A DNA stretch of 64,000 bases from Planctomycetota bacterium (lineage in GTDB: Bacteria; Planctomycetota; UBA1135; UBA2386), in the NCBI GenBank assembly GCA_965223545.1, contig OZ245006.1:5952001-6016000 (forward strand). The letters run 5' to 3'. Each line of letters opens with the position of its first letter. The stretch's first letter is position 1. Of this stretch, positions 60,484-64,000 are shown piece after piece. The position numbers and the translations under genes are program-made. The notes beneath the pieces are model-generated. The model searched no databases and was not told the DNA's origin. It was given only the letters and a program-made list of their open reading frames with translations.

Positions 60484-61538
60484 GGGCTGCGCTGGCAACC
60501 CGCGCGGCGCGGGGGCGGGGGGTGGTGTTGTTGGCACTTGCCGTCCTGCCGGCAGTGACCGGCTGCGCGCCCCCGGCGCCGGGCGTGGCTGGCGAGTCGC
60601 AGTCCCGCAGGCCCCAGGCGGGCGAGCCCCTGTTCGGCGAGCAGCCGGCGCGCCCGCTCGACCTACGCGCGGCGCTGTCGGCCGACGAAGTCGCGCTCCT
60701 CGGCGACGTCGAGCTCTGCATCGACCTCTTCGTCGAGACCGGCGCGGTCGCGGAGTTCGCCCCCGAACTGCCGGCCGACTTCGCCACGCACGGCGCCGAC
60801 GAGGCCCCGGTCGTGCGCGCGGTCGAGGGCGGTGAATGGCGGCGCTACCGCATCCGGTTGCGGCCGACGCGCACCGGTACGCTGGAGGTGCCGCAGCTGT
60901 CGGCGCGCACCGAAGACGGTGCGGTCGCCACCAGCCGCGCGCTGTCGCTGGAGGTCGGCAGCGTGCTGAGCGAACCGGACAGCGACGTGGAAGCGCCCGC
61001 ACCGCCGTTTCCCGCGCGCTTCGACTGGCAGCCGTGGGCCCTCGCCGCGGCGGTGGCGCTGATCTGTTTCACCGGGCTGTGGTACTGGCTGCGCCGGCGC
61101 CGCGGCCAGCGATCGCCGGTGGCGGCGACGCCGCTGCCGCCGCACGTCACCGCGCTGCGTGCGCTCGGCCGACTGCGCAACGCGCCGCGCACCACCGCGG
61201 CCGAGGTCGAGCAGTTCTACGTCGAGGTGTCGCGCATCCTGCGCACCTATCTCGAGCAACGCTTCGCGCTGCGCGCGCCCGAGCGGACCACCGAGGAGTT
61301 CCTGCTCGAGCTGCGCAGCGGCGACACGTTGACCGTCGCCCAGCGCGAGCAGCTGGCCGAGTTCTTGGCGCAGTGCGATCTGGTGAAGTTCGCGCGGGCG
61401 CAGCCGGCGGAGGAGGTCCACGCCCGCACGTTCGAGGTCGCCGAGCAGTTCGTCGAGGCGACCCGCGGCGATCGCCAGGGGGCCGAGTCCCGCCCCGAGG
61501 TTGCGCCGGCGGCCACGGCGGAGGGAGCTCCGGGATGA
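60480..61538 (+). CDS. Bat-operon membrane protein (BatD/DUF4381-like), possible lipoprotein
   Basis: ATGA overlap; lipobox-like VTGC; TM segment; FYVEVSRILRTYLE..ERTTEEF..DLVKFA. Confidence 0.78.
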   Translation: MRAALATRAARGRGVVLLALAVLPAVTGCAPPAPGVAGESQSRRPQAGEPLFGEQPARPLDLRAALSADEVALLGDVELCIDLFVETGAVAEFAPELPADFATHGADEAPVVRAVEGGEWRRYRIRLRPTRTGTLEVPQLSARTEDGAVATSRALSLEVGSVLSEPDSDVEAPAPPFPARFDWQPWALAAAVALICFTGLWYWLRRRRGQRSPVAATPLPPHVTALRALGRLRNAPRTTAAEVEQFYVEVSRILRTYLEQRFALRAPERTTEEFLLELRSGDTLTVAQREQLAEFLAQCDLVKFARAQPAEEVHARTFEVAEQFVEATRGDRQGAESRPEVAPAATAEGAPG

Positions 61539-62518
61539 ACTCGGTCTTCGAGTGGACACTGCTGGACCCGTGGTTCTTGGCTCTGGCGCTGCCGGTGTGG
61601 GCAGCGTGGGGCTGGCGCCGGCGCCGGCCGCGCGCGGCGTTGCCGAGTGCCTCGCTCGGCATGCTCGCCGGTCTGCCGCGCTCTCCGCGGGCGCGCCTGC
61701 ACTGGCTGCCGTCGGTGTGCGTGGCGCTGGCCGGCACCATGTTCACGCTGGCGTTGGCACGGCCGGTGTCGCGCGACGTGCTGCCGCTGCGCGAGCAGGG
61801 GGTCGACATCCTCTTGCTGGTCGATTGCTCCAGCTCGATGAACTCGCCGGACATGGACGCCGCTCTGCAGACGCGGCGCATCGACGCGGCGCGGCGGCAG
61901 GCGCTCGAGTTCGCCGCCGGCCGCGAGCAGGACCGGGTCGGGCTGATCACCTACGCGCGGTTCGCCGAGCTGCGCTGCCCGCTGACGCTGGACGGCAGGG
62001 CGCTGGCGGCGTTCCTGCAGTCGGTGCAGACGGTGCAGGCCAAGGAGGAGGACGGCACCGCGATCGGCGTCGCCCTGGCCGAGGCGGTGCGGTTCATGGA
62101 AGGCAGCGAGACCGCCTCGAAGGTGATCGTGCTGCTGACCGACGGGGAGAACAACCAGGCCCAGGTGTTGCCGATCGACGCCGCCAAGCTCGCCGCCGAT
62201 GCCGGCATTCGGGTGCACACCATCGGCCTCGGCCACGGACGGTTGATCCGGGACCTGACGGGCCAGGTGAGTGCGATCCCCGCCGACTTCTCCGAGCTCG
62301 AGAAGATCGCGGAGATCACCGGTGGCGAGTTCTTCAAGGCGTTGGACCAACAATCGCTGGGCCACGTCTACGCCGCCATCGATCAGATGGAGAAGGTCGA
62401 GCTGGAGGATCCGCGCTATCGGACCACCGAGGAGTTCGTCCTCCCGCTGGTGGTGGGCGCCGGCCTCCTGGCGCTGGCGCTGCTCCTCGAGCTCCTTTGG
62501 TTGCGGGGGATGCCGTGA
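61535..62518 (+). CDS. batA: vWA domain protein, BatA-like
   Basis: ALARP, MIDAS DCSSSM, DRVGLI, PLTLD, GTAIG, LLTDGENN, TGGEFF. Confidence 0.85.
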   Translation: MNSVFEWTLLDPWFLALALPVWAAWGWRRRRPRAALPSASLGMLAGLPRSPRARLHWLPSVCVALAGTMFTLALARPVSRDVLPLREQGVDILLLVDCSSSMNSPDMDAALQTRRIDAARRQALEFAAGREQDRVGLITYARFAELRCPLTLDGRALAAFLQSVQTVQAKEEDGTAIGVALAEAVRFMEGSETASKVIVLLTDGENNQAQVLPIDAAKLAADAGIRVHTIGLGHGRLIRDLTGQVSAIPADFSELEKIAEITGGEFFKALDQQSLGHVYAAIDQMEKVELEDPRYRTTEEFVLPLVVGAGLLALALLLELLWLRGMP

Positions 62519-63501
62519 ACGGGCTCGCCTTCGAACGCGCGGAATGGTGGCCGCTGCTGCTGTTGGTACCGGTGCTTTGGTGGGCGCTGTGGTCGGTGCT
62601 GCGCGCCGCGCGGCGCGGTGCGCGCACCTACGGTGCGCGTTGTACCGAACGCCCCCGCACGCCGGCGGCCCGCGCCACGCTCTGGACCGGGCTGTCGGCC
62701 TTGTTGCTGCTGACCTGGATCGAGCCGCTGCTGGGCGAGGAGACGGTGGCGGTGGAGCGGCGCGGCCTCGACGTGATCTTCTGTCTGGACACCTCGCGCT
62801 CGATGCTGGCGCGCGACCTCGACCCGTCACGCCTGGCGCGCGCCAAGCGCGACATCGAGTCGGTGTTGCCGCGGCTGGTGGGTGGCGACCGCGTCGGCCT
62901 GGTCGCCTTTGCCGGCGAGGCGCGGCTGGTGGTGCCGCTCACCCACGACCTGGATTCGTTCCGACACCTGTTGGCGCCGATCGATACCGATTTGGTGCGG
63001 CTGGGTGGCACCGACCTGGCGACGGCCCTGCGCGCCGCGCTCGACGTCGCCGACGAGGACGAGGCACAAACCACCGTCGTCGTCATGCTGACCGACGGCG
63101 AGGATCTCACCGGGGCCGGCCGGCAGGCGGCGGCCGAGGCGGCGTCGCGCGGAGTCGTCGTGCACACCGTCGGCTACGGCTCGACGCGCGGTGCCAAGAT
63201 CCTCGTCGACGATCGTGGCAGCAGCGAGTTCTTGCGCGGCGGTGACGGCGAGGAGGTCGTCAGCGTGCTCGACACCGAGGGACTGCGCGCGATCGCCCGG
63301 GCCACGGGCGGTGAGTTCGTGCGCGCTGACGTGATGGCGTTGCCGCTGGTAGAGTTGAAGGACAAGCGCATGGATCCGCTGGTCAAGCGAGCCTATGACG
63401 CCGGTGAAGAGACCGTGCAGAAGACCCGGTTTCAGTGGGTCTTGCTGCCGGCGGTCGTGCTGTTGATCTTGGAGTTGCTGCGCGCTGGAGGTCGCCCGTG
63501 A
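62515..63501 (+). CDS. batB: vWA domain protein, BatB-like
   Basis: DTSRSMLARDLDPSRL, GLVAFAG, PLTHD, GGTDL, LTDGED, TVGYGS. Confidence 0.85.
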   Translation: MNGLAFERAEWWPLLLLVPVLWWALWSVLRAARRGARTYGARCTERPRTPAARATLWTGLSALLLLTWIEPLLGEETVAVERRGLDVIFCLDTSRSMLARDLDPSRLARAKRDIESVLPRLVGGDRVGLVAFAGEARLVVPLTHDLDSFRHLLAPIDTDLVRLGGTDLATALRAALDVADEDEAQTTVVVMLTDGEDLTGAGRQAAAEAASRGVVVHTVGYGSTRGAKILVDDRGSSEFLRGGDGEEVVSVLDTEGLRAIARATGGEFVRADVMALPLVELKDKRMDPLVKRAYDAGEETVQKTRFQWVLLPAVVLLILELLRAGGRP

Positions 63502-64000
63502 AATCGGCTGTCGTGCTGGTTGGAATGCTGCTCACCGCGTCCTTTGGCGGTGAGGAGGAGCGGGGTCTCGCCCTCTATCGAGAGGGACGCTACGCCGAGG
63601 CCGTCGAGGCGTTTCGCAACGCGATCCAAGCGGGCGAGTCGGCGGAGCTCTACTACAACTTGGCGTTGGCGCACTGGAAGGCGGGCGATCTCGATGCCGC
63701 CGAGACCGCGGCCGAGCAGGCGGCGACGCTGTCCAACGGCGTCCTCGGCAGCCTGCGCGACGGGATCTTGGGCAACCTGCGCTACGCGGCGGCCAAGGCC
63801 GCCGAGGAACAGGATCTGGATGCCGCGCTGCGGGCCGCCGGTCAGGCCCGCGACCACTATCTGCGGGCCGCGATGGCGGAGCGCACGCCAGAGCTGGTGC
63901 GCAACCTGGAGCGCGCCCAGCGGTTGATCGACGCGCTCGAGGAGAAGCGCGAAGAGCAAGAACAGCAGGAAGACCAAGACCAGGAGCAGGAGCCGCAGGA
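63498..64000 (+). CDS. TPR protein, BatC-like (partial, runs off the window)
   Basis: Not in the ORF track; GTGA overlap; translates as VKSAVVLVGMLL..GLALYREGRYAEAVEAF..LYYNLALAHWKAG, ending in a Q/E-rich stretch. Confidence 0.8.
   Translation, partial: MKSAVVLVGMLLTASFGGEEERGLALYREGRYAEAVEAFRNAIQAGESAELYYNLALAHWKAGDLDAAETAAEQAATLSNGVLGSLRDGILGNLRYAAAKAAEEQDLDAALRAAGQARDHYLRAAMAERTPELVRNLERAQRLIDALEEKREEQEQQEDQDQEQEPQ

Noticed and set aside
58383..64000. moxR-DUF58-bat operon as a novel system
   Set aside because: A well-known, widespread arrangement; only the inserted repeat is notable

Overview
High-GC bacterial chromosomal DNA. The gene styles suggest an uncultured Planctomycetota lineage (inference from kinase-linked ECF sigma factors, sigma factors with long C-terminal extensions, a HEAT-repeat protein, sulfatases and a bat operon). 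I support about 45 protein-coding genes and see no rRNA, tRNA, CRISPR array, transposase or integrase. From left to right: a translationally coupled 4-hydroxybenzoyl-CoA-reductase-like molybdoenzyme operon followed by an ACT protein and egtD; secreted hydrolases; a UDPGP-family uridylyltransferase; recG-nnrE-MFS; a TetR/serine hydrolase pair; two paralogous ~1000-aa membrane-spanning ECF sigma factor fusions; a radical SAM/SPASM-like protein; an ECF42-type/YciI pair; ada-alkA; a cluster of large secreted proteins (one frameshifted); an ECF/Ser-Thr kinase pair; cutC; and a moxR-DUF58-bat operon that runs off the right edge. The strongest candidates for new biology are: (1) the fused sigma factor family, whose two members share an upstream TGYRRC-N15-CGCATAG motif and an internal Shine-Dalgarno plus ATG just before the membrane segment; (2) a 26-bp palindromic inverted repeat pair bracketing one of those genes, with mirrored G depletion in the flanks; (3) a ~115-140-aa C-terminal domain shared by unrelated secreted proteins, possibly a sorting signal; (4) a ~196-bp structured repeat that supplies stop codons to two neighbouring genes; (5) a molybdoenzyme with Glu-to-Gln at the catalytic position, coupled to egtD. 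All calls come from reading motifs by eye; no database searches were run.
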